From contig JAUNAI010000001.1 of the NCBI GenBank assembly GCA_030527705.1, positions 1-55,512 of the forward strand: a DNA stretch of 55,512 bases, read 5' to 3'. The stretch's first letter is position 1. The number at the start of each line of letters is the position of its first letter. A program made the position numbers and the translations under genes. Shown piece by piece: positions 55,307 to 55,512 of the stretch. The stretch comes from Planctomycetia bacterium (GTDB lineage Bacteria > Planctomycetota > Planctomycetia > Pirellulales > Thermoguttaceae). The notes under the pieces were generated by a model. It searched no databases, was not told the origin of the DNA, and saw nothing but the letters and a program-made list of their open reading frames with translations.

Positions 55307-55512
55307 ATGCGCCAGATTAGTAAATTGGTTATGTTGTTCGCGTCGGTTGCGGTGATTTTTGCTGCCGTGAACAGTCAGGCTGCCGTTCGTCGTGCGATTT
55401 ACCGTGCGCCGAAAGCCTGTGATCAGGTTCGAGAAGATAATATTAAAACCATCCCGGCTTGCTGCAGTGCTGTTCAGGCGAACGCTGCTGCCGCGGAAGC
55501 TGCTCCGGCTGC
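55307..55512 (+). CDS. hypothetical secreted protein, 5' partial (runs off the window)
   Basis: An AAGGAG RBS lies 8 nt upstream of the ATG. The signal peptide is MRQISKLVMLFASVAVIFAAVNSQAA. The frame is open to the end of the window. Confidence 0.6.
   Translation, partial: MRQISKLVMLFASVAVIFAAVNSQAAVRRAIYRAPKACDQVREDNIKTIPACCSAVQANAAAAEAAPA

Overview
This is a 55.5-kb bacterial chromosomal window, roughly 45-55% GC by eye, and mostly housekeeping. The core is a long S10-spc ribosomal protein cluster (rpsJ to rplO, then secY-adk-map). A tRNA-Ala plus nusA-infB-rbfA block follows it. Scattered around these are metG, thrS, gdhA, icd, an ABC-F ATPase, yebC and an M29 aminopeptidase. The style (very long IF-2, many D/E- or K/E-rich low-complexity proteins, long intergenic spacers, a PilM-fusion protein) reminds me of Planctomycetota/PVC bacteria, but I cannot prove the taxon from this sequence.

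Non-routine content:
1. An orphan three-gene operon (about 9850-17012), bounded by a promoter-like site and a strong terminator. It encodes a PilM-actin-like ATPase fused to a transmembrane and large extracytoplasmic region (GspL-like architecture), followed by two large N-terminally anchored proteins with extreme polyacidic tracts. This is my best candidate for an undescribed envelope-spanning system.
2. An AT-rich islet (about 5560-7445) carrying a decayed AAA-ATPase + DUF4276-like (split OLD/TOPRIM-like) two-gene module. It has two -1 frame breaks in poly(A) runs and one in-frame TAG.
3. An archaeal-type NrpR nitrogen repressor homolog directly downstream of gdhA, and separately an archaemetzincin homolog.
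4. A small secreted protein made of five 20-aa (60-bp) tandem repeats.
5. At least three families of intergenic repeat or palindromic elements that no gene explains.
6. Unusually long, hairpin-rich spacers and a promoter-like site inside the ribosomal protein cluster. rpmD is absent, and the alpha-operon genes are absent after map.

All calls come from reading the translations and DNA by eye. No database search was run.
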